In this document: in pieces, positions 27,269 through 35,667 of the stretch | Numbering within the stretch: position 1 is the stretch's first letter | Layout of the letters: each line of letters begins with the position of its first letter | From: Alphaproteobacteria bacterium | GTDB lineage: Bacteria > Pseudomonadota > Alphaproteobacteria > SHWA01 | Assembly (NCBI GenBank): GCA_009693995.1 | Contig: SHWA01000002.1 | Location: forward strand, 138 to 64,137 | Direction of reading: 5' to 3' | Length of the DNA: 64,000 bases | Position numbers and translations under genes: made by a program | Notes under the pieces: generated by a model | Told to the model about the DNA's origin: nothing | Seen by the model: only the letters and a program-made list of their open reading frames with translations | The model's database searches: none

Positions 27269-27953
27269 TCTGGAAGCCGGCTACGGCTCGATCAAGGTGC
27301 TGCGCGGCATCGGCTTCACCGTGCCCGCCGGCAAGGTGGTGGCGCTCCTCGGCGGCAACGGCGCCGGCAAGACCACCACCATGAAGACCATCGCCGGCAT
27401 CGTCGCCGCGACCGCCGGCCAGGTCGAGTTCGACGGGCGGCGCATCGAACGCGAGCCCTCGCACCGCATCTTCGCGCGCGGCCTGGCACTCGTCCCCCAG
27501 GGGCGGGAGCTGTTCCCCGAAATGACCGTGATCGAGAACCTGGAGCTGGGCGGCCTCGCCCGCCGCAGCACAACCGAGATCGCCGCCGGCATCGCGGGAG
27601 TGTTCGCCCAATTCCCGCGCCTTGCGGAGCGCGCGCACCAGCGCGCCGCGACTCTTTCGGGCGGCGAGCAGCAGATGCTGGCGACCGGGCGCGCGCTCAT
27701 GTCGCGCCCCAAGCTCCTGCTGCTCGACGAGCCCACCACCGGCCTCGGGCCGCTGATCGTCGCCGAACTGATCCGTATCGTGCGCGAATTGAACCGCGGC
27801 GGGCAGACCATCCTGCTGGTGGAGCAGAACGTGCGCATGGCGCTCGCCGTGGCCGACTACGTCTACATAATCCGCACCGGCGAGATCGTCGCCGAGTCGG
27901 AAGCCGCCAAGCTCAGCGACCGCGACGAGATGTTTAGAAGCTATTTGGGGTAA
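27252..27953 (+). CDS. livF: ABC transporter ATP-binding protein (LivF family)
   Basis: Walker A GGNGAGKTT, signature LSGGEQQML and Walker B LLLLDEPTTGL. Confidence 0.85.
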   Translation: MLTVTDLEAGYGSIKVLRGIGFTVPAGKVVALLGGNGAGKTTTMKTIAGIVAATAGQVEFDGRRIEREPSHRIFARGLALVPQGRELFPEMTVIENLELGGLARRSTTEIAAGIAGVFAQFPRLAERAHQRAATLSGGEQQMLATGRALMSRPKLLLLDEPTTGLGPLIVAELIRIVRELNRGGQTILLVEQNVRMALAVADYVYIIRTGEIVAESEAAKLSDRDEMFRSYLG

Positions 27954-27962
27954 GCGATAAAG

Positions 27963-28109
27963 CCCTCTTCCCCCAGCGGGGGAAGAGGGTTGGGAGATGG
28001 GGGAGAGCCAAGCGCCGAAAGGCGCTGTTCGCCACACCGGCGCGCGCCTCACGGCGCGTGGTCTCCTCTCCATCCCTAATCCCTTCCTCCCCTGCAAGGG
28101 GAGGAAGGG
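27963..28109. repeat. Composite ~147-bp imperfect palindromic element built from GC-rich hairpin repeats
   Basis: The left end is CCCTCTTCCCCC-agc-GGGGGAAGAGGG (27963-27989) followed by TTGGGAGATGGGGGAGAG. The right end mirrors it: CTCCTCTCCATCCCTAAT followed by CCCTTCCTCCCCT-gca-AGGGGAGGAAGGG (28081-28109). An inner hairpin AGCGCC-gaaa-GGCGCT lies at 28010-28025. The element sits between the convergent livF and hydrolase genes. Confidence 0.65.
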
Positions 28110-28113
28110 ACTA

Positions 28114-28959
28114 TTAGACCTTACCCAAAAACCCTTCGAACACGCGCGCGGTACCCTCGATGTCCTCGGCCGGCACGGTGACGTTGGCGGGGGTGCGCGC
28201 CTTCTCCGCCCCCGGAATGAGGCGCGCCACCTCATCCAGATACGGCAGCAGCATGTCGTTCGGCGCCGCCGCGCAGAGGGTCGGCACCGCGACCTTGGGC
28301 AGCCGCTCGCGCTTGGGATAGCGGAGCGCGGCGCGGTAGGAGCGGTCGTAGGTGGATAGCGCCTTCAAGACCTCGAGCGCCTCCTGGTGCAGATAGTCCG
28401 CCGAGGGCAGGCCGATGCCGCGCAGGTGTTCCTGCTCCCGCCCCCACCACGGCCAGAACACGTGGGCATCGCGCACCATGTGCCAGGCGCGCAACAGTTG
28501 CGTGCCGTCCAGATCGGGCGCCAATACCGGCGCGTGGTCGTGGTTCAGCAGGTGCGCCTGGGCGCTGGCATCGAACAGGGAACAGCCATCCAGGATCATG
28601 CGCCGCACGAGCGCGGGGCGCTGGATGGAGAGCTCTATGGCGATCGAGGCGCCGGTGTGGAAGCCGTAGAGATCGACTGGCCCTAGCCTAAGGGCCTGGA
28701 TTGCCTCGGCGTGGGCTTGCGCCAGGTCGGCGATCTCCGGCGCCGCCTTCGGATGCGGCGTGGAGTCGCCGTTCCCCGGCGTATCGGGGCCGATCACCCG
28801 CCGCGTCTCTCCCATGCGCGCGACCAGGGGATGGAGCGAAAAGGAAGAGCCGGGCGAGCCGTGGAACATGACGAGCGGCACCCCGGGGCGCCCTTCCCCC
28901 GCCGTGCGGTAGTGGATCTGGCCGAAGGAAACGTCGGCGAAGCCGCGCCGGAGCCGCAT
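28114..28959 (-). CDS. Alpha/beta-fold hydrolase
   Basis: Contains VMFHGSPGSS and the nucleophile elbow YGFHTGA. Start taken at MRLRRGF (28959), 12 codons inside the track ORF 28114..28995. Confidence 0.7.
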   Translation of the reverse strand: MRLRRGFADVSFGQIHYRTAGEGRPGVPLVMFHGSPGSSFSLHPLVARMGETRRVIGPDTPGNGDSTPHPKAAPEIADLAQAHAEAIQALRLGPVDLYGFHTGASIAIELSIQRPALVRRMILDGCSLFDASAQAHLLNHDHAPVLAPDLDGTQLLRAWHMVRDAHVFWPWWGREQEHLRGIGLPSADYLHQEALEVLKALSTYDRSYRAALRYPKRERLPKVAVPTLCAAAPNDMLLPYLDEVARLIPGAEKARTPANVTVPAEDIEGTARVFEGFLGKV

Positions 28960-28966
28960 CGTGCGC

Positions 28967-30184
28967 CTAATACGACCTGGGCATGCCGAGGACATGCTCG
29001 CCGAGGTAGGAGAGGATCAGGTTGGTCGAGATCGGCGCGATCTGGAAGATGCGGGTCTCGCGCCATTTGCGCTCGATGTCGAACTCGCGCGCGTAGCCGA
29101 AGCCGCCATGGGTCTGCATGCAGGCCTCGGCCGCGTTCCACGAGGCCTCTGAGGCCAGCAGCTTCGCCAGGTTCGCCTCCTCGCCGCAGGGCTGGCCGGC
29201 GTCAAACAAGGCGGCGGCGGTGCGGTTCATCAAGTCGGCGGCCCGCGCCTCGCCATAGGCGCGCGCGATCGGGAACTGGATGCCCTGGTTCTGGCCGATC
29301 GGGCGGTTGAAGACCACGCGCTCGGAGGCATAAATCGACGCCTTGCGGATGAAGTAGCGCGCGTCGCCCAGGCATTCCGAGGCGACCAGGATACGCTCGG
29401 CGTTCAGCCCATCCAGGATGTAGCGGAAGCCCTTGTCCGGCTCGCCGATCAGATTCGCCGCCGGCACCGGCACGTTGTCGAAGAACACCTCGGTGGTCTG
29501 GTGGTTGATCATGGTCGGCAGCTTGCGGATGGTGAGCCCGTTCTTGAGGGCCTCCGCGATGTCGAGCAGGAAGACCGAGAGGCCGTCGCTGCGCCGCTTC
29601 ACCTGGTCGGCCGGCGTGGTGCGGGCCAGCACCAGCATCACGTCGGAGGCGAGCGCCCGGCTGGTCCACACTTTCTGGCCCGAGATGCGGTAGCGGTCGT
29701 TGCCGTCCTTGACCGCCCGGGTCTTGAGCTGGGTGGTGTCCGAGCCCGTGGTCGGCTCGGTGACGGCGAAGGCCTGGAGGCGGATCTTGCCGGCGGCGAT
29801 GCCGGGCAGGTACTTCGCCTTCTGCTCGGCGCTGCCGTGTTTCAGGAGCGTGCCCATGATGTACATCTGGGCATGGCAGGCGCCGGCGTTGCAGCCGGTG
29901 GCGTGGATCTCCTCCAGAATCACCGAGGCGGCGCGCATGGGCAGGCCCGAGCCGCCGTATTGCTCGGGCACCAGGGCGGCGAGATAGCCGGCTTCGGTGA
30001 GCGCCTGGACGAATTCGACCGGGTAGGTCTCGTCCGCGTCGTGCTTGCGCCAAAAGGTGCCGGGGAAGTTCGCACAGACCGCGCGCACGCCGTCGCGAAT
30101 GTCGGGGAAGTCCTCCCCGACCGGTACCGCGGTGAGGGCCGCGCCGTCGCGGGCGCCATAGCCGCGCCCGAGGTCGATCGCCAT
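28967..30184 (-). CDS. Acyl-CoA dehydrogenase
   Basis: 405-aa ORF with ACAD N, middle and C-terminal domains (FAVTEPTTGSD, QKVWTS, GGFGYAREFDIERKWRETRIFQIAPISTN). Confidence 0.85.
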   Translation of the reverse strand: MAIDLGRGYGARDGAALTAVPVGEDFPDIRDGVRAVCANFPGTFWRKHDADETYPVEFVQALTEAGYLAALVPEQYGGSGLPMRAASVILEEIHATGCNAGACHAQMYIMGTLLKHGSAEQKAKYLPGIAAGKIRLQAFAVTEPTTGSDTTQLKTRAVKDGNDRYRISGQKVWTSRALASDVMLVLARTTPADQVKRRSDGLSVFLLDIAEALKNGLTIRKLPTMINHQTTEVFFDNVPVPAANLIGEPDKGFRYILDGLNAERILVASECLGDARYFIRKASIYASERVVFNRPIGQNQGIQFPIARAYGEARAADLMNRTAAALFDAGQPCGEEANLAKLLASEASWNAAEACMQTHGGFGYAREFDIERKWRETRIFQIAPISTNLILSYLGEHVLGMPRSY

Positions 30185-30186
30185 GG

Positions 30187-31167
30187 TCAGACAGCCTCCT
30201 GCAAGGTCGGCCCGCCGGCCGGGACGAAGTTCTTGGGCAGCCCGGCGATGGCGATCGCCGAGGGGAAATCGACACCGGGTAGCTTACCCTTGAGCCAGCC
30301 GACCACCGGCAAGAGGCGGGCGAGGTCGATGCCAGTCTCGAGCCCCATGCTCTGCAGCAGGAACACCAGGCCGTCGGTGGCGATGTTACCGGTTGCGCCG
30401 GGCGCGTAGGGGCAGCCGCCGAAGCCGCCGAGGGAGGAATCGAAGCGGTCCACCCCGGCGTCGAGCGCCGCCAGGACGTTGGCCAGGCCGAGGCCGCGCG
30501 TGTCGTGGAAATGGGCGCCCAGGGGGAGGGCGCCGAGCTCCCGCTTCACCCGCCTGAACACGCGGCGGACGGCGGCCGGGTTGCCGTAGCCGACGGTGTC
30601 CGCCACCACCACCTCATCCGCCCCGAGCTCGGCCAGGCGGAGCGCCAGTTCCACCACCCGGTCCTCCGCGACTCGGCCCTCGATCGAGCAGCCGAAGGCG
30701 GTGGCGAGGCCGCCGGCGAGGCGCGGGCGGCTCGCCTCGGGCACCTGGCGCAGGCGCTCGACAATGCGGCCGAAATCGGCGACCGAGTCGGCGACCGAGC
30801 GGCGCACGTTAGCCTGGTTGTGCCCTTCCGAGACCGACATGGCGTAGTTCATCTTGTGCACGCCGAGCGCGATCCCGCGCTCCGCCCCCTTGAGATTGGG
30901 GATCAGGGCGCTGACCGTGAGCCCCGGTTGTTGCAGCGCGAAGGCGACCACCTCGGCCGCGTCCCCGAACTGCGGCAGCAGTCTCGGCGGCACCAACGAG
31001 CAGACTTCGATCTCGGCGACGCCGGCCGCGTGCTCCGTGCGGCACCAGGCCTGCTTGTCCGCGGTCGCCATGATGGCCTGGATGCTCTGCAGACCGTCGC
31101 GCATGCCGACCTCGCGCACCTGCACGTCGATGGGTTGGGTCATGGGGGTCATTCCTCGCGGCCTCAC
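30187..31167 (-). CDS. Hydroxymethylglutaryl-CoA lyase family protein
   Basis: Contains EVGMRDGLQS, HFHDTRGLGLANVLAALDAGV and FGGCPYAPGATGN. Its ATG overlaps the enoyl-CoA hydratase stop (ATGA). Confidence 0.85.
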   Translation of the reverse strand: MRPRGMTPMTQPIDVQVREVGMRDGLQSIQAIMATADKQAWCRTEHAAGVAEIEVCSLVPPRLLPQFGDAAEVVAFALQQPGLTVSALIPNLKGAERGIALGVHKMNYAMSVSEGHNQANVRRSVADSVADFGRIVERLRQVPEASRPRLAGGLATAFGCSIEGRVAEDRVVELALRLAELGADEVVVADTVGYGNPAAVRRVFRRVKRELGALPLGAHFHDTRGLGLANVLAALDAGVDRFDSSLGGFGGCPYAPGATGNIATDGLVFLLQSMGLETGIDLARLLPVVGWLKGKLPGVDFPSAIAIAGLPKNFVPAGGPTLQEAV

Positions 31168-31958
31168 CGCCCCTCGAACCGGGGCTTGCGCTTCTCGTTG
31201 AAGGCGAGGATGCCTTCGCGGCGGTCGGCGGTCGAGATCATGCGCTCATAGGCCTGCACCTCGAAATGCAGACCGGTCATCAGGTCGGTTTGCAGGCCGT
31301 GATGAATCGCCTTCTTGGCCTGGCGTACCGAGATCGGCGCGCTGTCGCGGATGCGCCGTGCCGTGGCGAGCACTGCCGGCATCAGTTCCGCCGGCGGCAG
31401 GACGGCGTTCACCATGCCCCAGGCCAGGGCCTCGGCCGCGCTCCAGGGCCGCCCGGTGAGGATCAGTTCCTTGGCCCGCCGCTCGCCGACGGCGCGCGGC
31501 AGGTTCTGGGTGCCGCCGCCGCCCGGCATGATGCCGATGCTCACCTCGGTGAGAGCGAAGTTGGCGGTCGCGGCGGCGTAGATGAAATCGCAGGCGAGCG
31601 CCAACTCGCACCCGCCGGCGTAGGCGTGGCCCTGGACCGCGGCGATCACCGGCACCGAGCACTCCATCACCGCCCAGTAGGCTTCCTCGAAGATCGCGTG
31701 CTGCAGGCGCCAGGTGTCGTCCGCCATGCCCTTGCGCTCCTTCAGGTCGCCGCCGGCCGAGAACGCCTTGTCGCCGGCGCCGGTGATGACGATGACGCGC
31801 AGATCGCCGGGGGTGAACTTGAGGGGGACGAAGATCTCGCGCAGTTCCTCCCCCATGCGCGTGTTGAGCGCGTTCCTGACCTCGGGCCGGTTCAGGGTGA
31901 GGAGCAGGAGGCCAGGTTCCACGGTCGCGAGCGTGAGCGTGGCGAAATCGGTGCGCAT
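31164..31958 (-). CDS. Enoyl-CoA hydratase/isomerase (crotonase) family protein
   Basis: 264-aa ORF with ITGAGDKAFSAGGDLKE and AAVQGHAYAGGCELALACD. Confidence 0.85.
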   Translation of the reverse strand: MRTDFATLTLATVEPGLLLLTLNRPEVRNALNTRMGEELREIFVPLKFTPGDLRVIVITGAGDKAFSAGGDLKERKGMADDTWRLQHAIFEEAYWAVMECSVPVIAAVQGHAYAGGCELALACDFIYAAATANFALTEVSIGIMPGGGGTQNLPRAVGERRAKELILTGRPWSAAEALAWGMVNAVLPPAELMPAVLATARRIRDSAPISVRQAKKAIHHGLQTDLMTGLHFEVQAYERMISTADRREGILAFNEKRKPRFEGR

Positions 31959-33167
31959 CTAGCGTTCCTTGGCGCGTTTGGAGGGAGCCCCGAACACCCG
32001 TGCGGTGTCAGCGCCGAGCGCCGGCGGGCGGCTGCGGAAGGCGGGGCGGACACCGTCGAAGGAGAGCGGCAGGCCCATCAGGCGCATGGCGCCGTCGGGA
32101 GAGGGCTGGATCATGCCGAGGGCTTCGGTCTGCGCGTCCGCCACCACCTGATCCACCGATTGCAGCGCGGCGCACGGGATGCCGGCGGCCTCCAGCTTGG
32201 CGATCCATACGTCGCGCGGCGCGGTCTGCAACACCGCCTCCACGGCCGCGTTCACCGCCGCGCGGTTGCGCACCCGCTCGGGGTTGGTCGCGAAACGCGC
32301 GTCCCGCAGCCACTCTGGCTTCTCGAGGACGGCACACAGCTTGGCGAACAATGAATCGTTGCCGGCGGCGACCACCAGATAATGGTCCGCCGCCCGGTAG
32401 GCCTTGTAGGGCACCAGTATCGCCGCCTCGGAGCCGAGGCGTTCCTGCACGAAGCCGTCCGCCAGGTACATGGCGACCGGCACCGTCATCCAGGAGAGCG
32501 CGGTCTCGTAGAGCGAGCCGTCGACCTGACAGCCGACGCCGGTGACATGGCGCCGGCCAAGGGCGGCGAGAATGCCGATCACCGACCACATGCCGCAAGC
32601 GATGTCGATGATCGACGGGCCGACCCGGACCGGGGGGCGCCCCATCTCGCCGGTGATGCTCATGATGCCGCCATAGGCCTGCATCAGGGGATCGTAGCCG
32701 GGCCGCTCCGCCTTGGGGCCGCGGGCGCCGAAGGCGCCGAGGTTGCAGTAGATCAGGCGCGGATTGCGTTCCCTGAGCCGCGCGCACAGGCCGAGGCGCG
32801 CCACCTGGCCGGGGCGCATGTTCTGCAGCACCACGTCGGCTTCGGCGGCGATGAAATCGGCGAGGCGGGTGGTCTCCGCGGGTGCCTTGAAATCCACCAC
32901 CACCGAGAGCTTGTTGCGGTTCAGGCTCTGGAAGGTGGCGGAGGAGCCGAGCCAGAAGGGCGGCCCCCAGGCGCGGGCGTCGTCACCCTTCCCCGGGCGC
33001 TCGACCTTGATCACGGTCGCGCCCAGGTCGGCCAGCACCTGGCCGGCGAAGGGAGCCGCAACACTGTGTCCCAGCTCGACGACGGTGATGCCGCTGAGCG
33101 GCGCGTGCGGCTCCATGGAGGGTGCGAGCGATTCCCGAGGATTGCCGGGAAACTCTACGAGCCGCAC
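31959..33167 (-). CDS. Family III CoA-transferase (CaiB/BaiF)
   Basis: Contains GITVVELGHSVAAPFAGQVLADLGATVIKVERP and GYDPLMQAYGGIMSITGE. The true start may be MEPHAPL at 33116. Confidence 0.85.
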   Translation of the reverse strand: MRLVEFPGNPRESLAPSMEPHAPLSGITVVELGHSVAAPFAGQVLADLGATVIKVERPGKGDDARAWGPPFWLGSSATFQSLNRNKLSVVVDFKAPAETTRLADFIAAEADVVLQNMRPGQVARLGLCARLRERNPRLIYCNLGAFGARGPKAERPGYDPLMQAYGGIMSITGEMGRPPVRVGPSIIDIACGMWSVIGILAALGRRHVTGVGCQVDGSLYETALSWMTVPVAMYLADGFVQERLGSEAAILVPYKAYRAADHYLVVAAGNDSLFAKLCAVLEKPEWLRDARFATNPERVRNRAAVNAAVEAVLQTAPRDVWIAKLEAAGIPCAALQSVDQVVADAQTEALGMIQPSPDGAMRLMGLPLSFDGVRPAFRSRPPALGADTARVFGAPSKRAKER

Positions 33168-33201
33168 CCGGACCGGTCAACGCATGGCTGGGGCGTGCGG
33201 C

Positions 33202-33817
33202 TCAGGCGACCGCCGTCACGGCACGGGGTGTCGGCGTCGCCTCCATGCGCAGCGCCGCCACGGCCTTGGCGAAGGCGGCCGCGAGCGGAGAGAGCGCGCG
33301 CTCGCCGGGGCGGATCAGGGGCACTGCCCGGCTCAGGTAGGGAGCCGCGAGCGGGCGCCGGTCGAGGGCGGTTGAGGGAGACCAGGCCGAGCTCGTGGTC
33401 ACCGTCGGCGAGCCCTTGGAACACCTCGCCTTGGGAGCGCTCGCGCAGTTCGAACTGGGCGTCGGCATGGTCGCGGACGAAGCCGGCGAGGAGGCCGGCC
33501 AGGCCCTCGCCGCCGACCAGGGTGGAGACGCCGAGGCGGAGCACGCCACCGGCGCCGGCCTGGAAGCGCTTGGCGGCGGCGCGGGCGGCGGTGGTGTGCA
33601 CATCGACCTGGGCCAGGTGCTGGCGCACCAGGTTGCCGAGCGGGGTGAGCCGCACGCAGCCGCGGTCGCGGTCGAACAGGGAACCCCGGAACTCGTGCTC
33701 GAGACCTTGGATCGCGCGGGTGAGGGCGGGCTGGGTCACGTTGCAGCGATCCGCCGCCTTGGTGAAGTTGCGCGTCTCGCAGAGCGCGAGGAAGTAGCGG
33801 ATCTGGTGCATTTCCAT
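33202..33817 (-). pseudogene. LysR-family regulator, apparently frameshifted and internally shortened
   Basis: The frame from ATG 33817 gives a good LysR HTH and the start of the effector domain (MEMHQIRYFLALCETRNFTKAADRCNVTQPALTRAIQGLE ... DHELGLVS), then turns into P/R/G-rich nonsense. A +1 shift near 33370 gives LDRRPLAAPYLSRAVPLIRPGERALSPLAAAFAKAVAALR, which looks like a LysR C-terminus ending at 33202. Combined length is only ~205 aa against the usual ~300. Confidence 0.45.
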
Positions 33818-33938
33818 GGGAGGCTCCCTTTATTTCCGTCTGCGCCGCGCCGCGAGGGCCGGCTGCGACGGTCTGAGGATGACCCGTCCCTGGTCACGAT
33901 GTCCTCCTGGAGAGATCACGAAAGAATCACGGGCCGCA

Positions 33939-33992
33939 TTGACCGATCTCGTCGTCATCGAGGCCTACGACGTGAACGCGGGGTGGCCGTGA
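33939..33992 (+). repeat. 54-bp direct repeat, copy 1 (ends ...VNAGWP-TGA)
   Basis: ttgaccgatctcgtcgtcatcgaggcctacgacgtgaacgcggggtggccgtga matches 35362-35415 at 49 of 54 positions by direct comparison. Confidence 0.8.
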
Positions 33993-34039
33993 CCGCCCTT
34001 TTCTTCGCGTCGTCGGCAGGATTTCACCATCACCGACCC

Positions 34040-35239
34040 TTAAGGCAACCGAATGACTATCGCCCCGAGCCGCCAAAGAGATTGAAAAGTGCGCCGCGCA
34101 TAGGCGATCAACGCCTCATGGTCCGCGTTAATTCCGGCGCCAAATATGATGTCGCGGATGCGGGCCTTGCCGGTCACGGCTTTGACGAGGGCAACCTGGG
34201 CCGGGGCGAGATCGCAATTCATCTTCTCCCAAAGCAGTTTGCCGGAGCCATCCGGTTGGAGCTTCAGCGTGGTGGCGGTCTTTGCCATGGGGATGAAGTC
34301 GAGAAATTCGGGGCTGTCGAAGTCGATGAGATAGTCGGCGACGGGGCGCTCCGCGCGGGTGGCAATAAAGGTATGACAGGCGTTGAGGGTGTTGAACCTC
34401 TCCATGGCCTGCCAAATTTTCTCGGATGGCAGTTTGTTGACGGCACTGTAGAGCACACTATCTCCTGGAGCGCGTTGCTCCGGATAATAGCAAATATTCT
34501 CAAGCCATCCTTGGAAGGAAAGACCGGCGTTTCGAACAAACTCAAGAACGTCACCGACGGAATAGCTCCTCGCGCGGGCCTGCAAATAAATGTCCACGAT
34601 CCCTGCATCGGTGTTCAGATATGGGTCGCGCGGGATGTAGCTCTTGATTGGATGCTCGGGGGGAATCTGGGCGATGGTGTCGCGCACAATGTCGAACCCG
34701 ATTGGCCCGGGTTTGACTCCCATGATCTCGAACATGGACATGAGAGTTTCGACGCCGAAACGCCCGTACTTTGCATAGAGCAAGATGACCGCGACCCCCT
34801 CGGGCCGAAGGAGCTTGCCCAGGGTGGTCATTCCCGCCTGCGGGTCGGCCATATGGTGCAGAACGCCGGTGCAGACGATGAGGTCGAAGGTCTGCCCAAG
34901 CGTATCGGCTTCCTCGATCGACAATCGGCGGAGTTCGAGGTTCGAGAGGCCGTATTTCTCCTTGAGCGCGGATTCGTGACGCAGCGCCGCGCTGGTCACG
35001 TCGATGCCCAGCACCCGCGCGGTGGGATTGTGGAGCGCGATCGATGCCGCCTGGGTCGTGCCGCATCCCGCGGAGAGAATATTAAGACCCTCGGGGTACG
35101 CCGCCATGCGCGGCCAGTATTGCCGAAAGGCACTCTTTGGATCGCATAAGAGCAACGGCAAGTCATCGTTTGGCGGCGGATACGGCCATGCTTCGTATTG
35201 ACGCGAAATTGCGTCGTTCAGCGGTGAGTCGTTCATCAT
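34040..35239 (-). CDS. Class I SAM-dependent methyltransferase with an uncharacterised ~230-aa C-terminal extension
   Basis: 399-aa ORF with motif I ILSAGCGTTQ and the post-I/II region VLGIDVT...FDLIVCTGVLHHMADP...LLRPEGV. Base composition is visibly A/T-richer than the flanks. Confidence 0.75.
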   Translation of the reverse strand: MMNDSPLNDAISRQYEAWPYPPPNDDLPLLLCDPKSAFRQYWPRMAAYPEGLNILSAGCGTTQAASIALHNPTARVLGIDVTSAALRHESALKEKYGLSNLELRRLSIEEADTLGQTFDLIVCTGVLHHMADPQAGMTTLGKLLRPEGVAVILLYAKYGRFGVETLMSMFEIMGVKPGPIGFDIVRDTIAQIPPEHPIKSYIPRDPYLNTDAGIVDIYLQARARSYSVGDVLEFVRNAGLSFQGWLENICYYPEQRAPGDSVLYSAVNKLPSEKIWQAMERFNTLNACHTFIATRAERPVADYLIDFDSPEFLDFIPMAKTATTLKLQPDGSGKLLWEKMNCDLAPAQVALVKAVTGKARIRDIIFGAGINADHEALIAYARRTFQSLWRLGAIVIRLP

Positions 35240-35361
35240 CGCGATTTAATCATCCTCCCCCGGCTTGCGCCAGCAGGCAATCCGGGGCTGACGCAGGCCG
35301 CACGCGACCGGGTGATTGCGCTCCGCCTTGCCTTCCGCGCCAAGAAGGATGCCTCGCGGCG

Positions 35362-35415
35362 TTGACCGATCCCGCCGTCATCGAAGCCCACGACGTGAAC
35401 GCAGGGTGGCCGTGA
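35362..35415 (+). repeat. 54-bp direct repeat, copy 2
   Basis: ttgaccgatcccgccgtcatcgaagcccacgacgtgaacgcagggtggccgtga, which translates LTDPAVIEAHDVNAGWP-stop. Confidence 0.8.
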
Positions 35416-35667
35416 AATCCAGGCGCCCGACACCGTGGTCCGGGAGGCCCTGCAAGCTATTACGCTGCCGCCTCTGGAGTAACCGGGTCTTTATTCGACA
35501 TACAACCCTCCCATGGTCTGCAAATTGCGGCCGGCGGGGGCTCGGCGGTTGCAACCGCCGAAACCGCGAGAAGGGATCTCGCATGACCGCAACCGGCCAA
35601 GCAACGGCCACCCCGCCACCCGTGCGCACGGGCGGGGCGACTCTTGGGGTCTTGCAACTTGCAGTCT

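Noticed and set aside
33879-33992. 37-codon ORF (MTRPWSRCPPGEITKESRAALTDLVVIEAYDVNAGWP) as a real small gene.
   Set aside because: It has no RBS, and only its last ~19 codons are shared with repeat copy 2. It is more likely a gene 3'-end relic; see the repeat finding.
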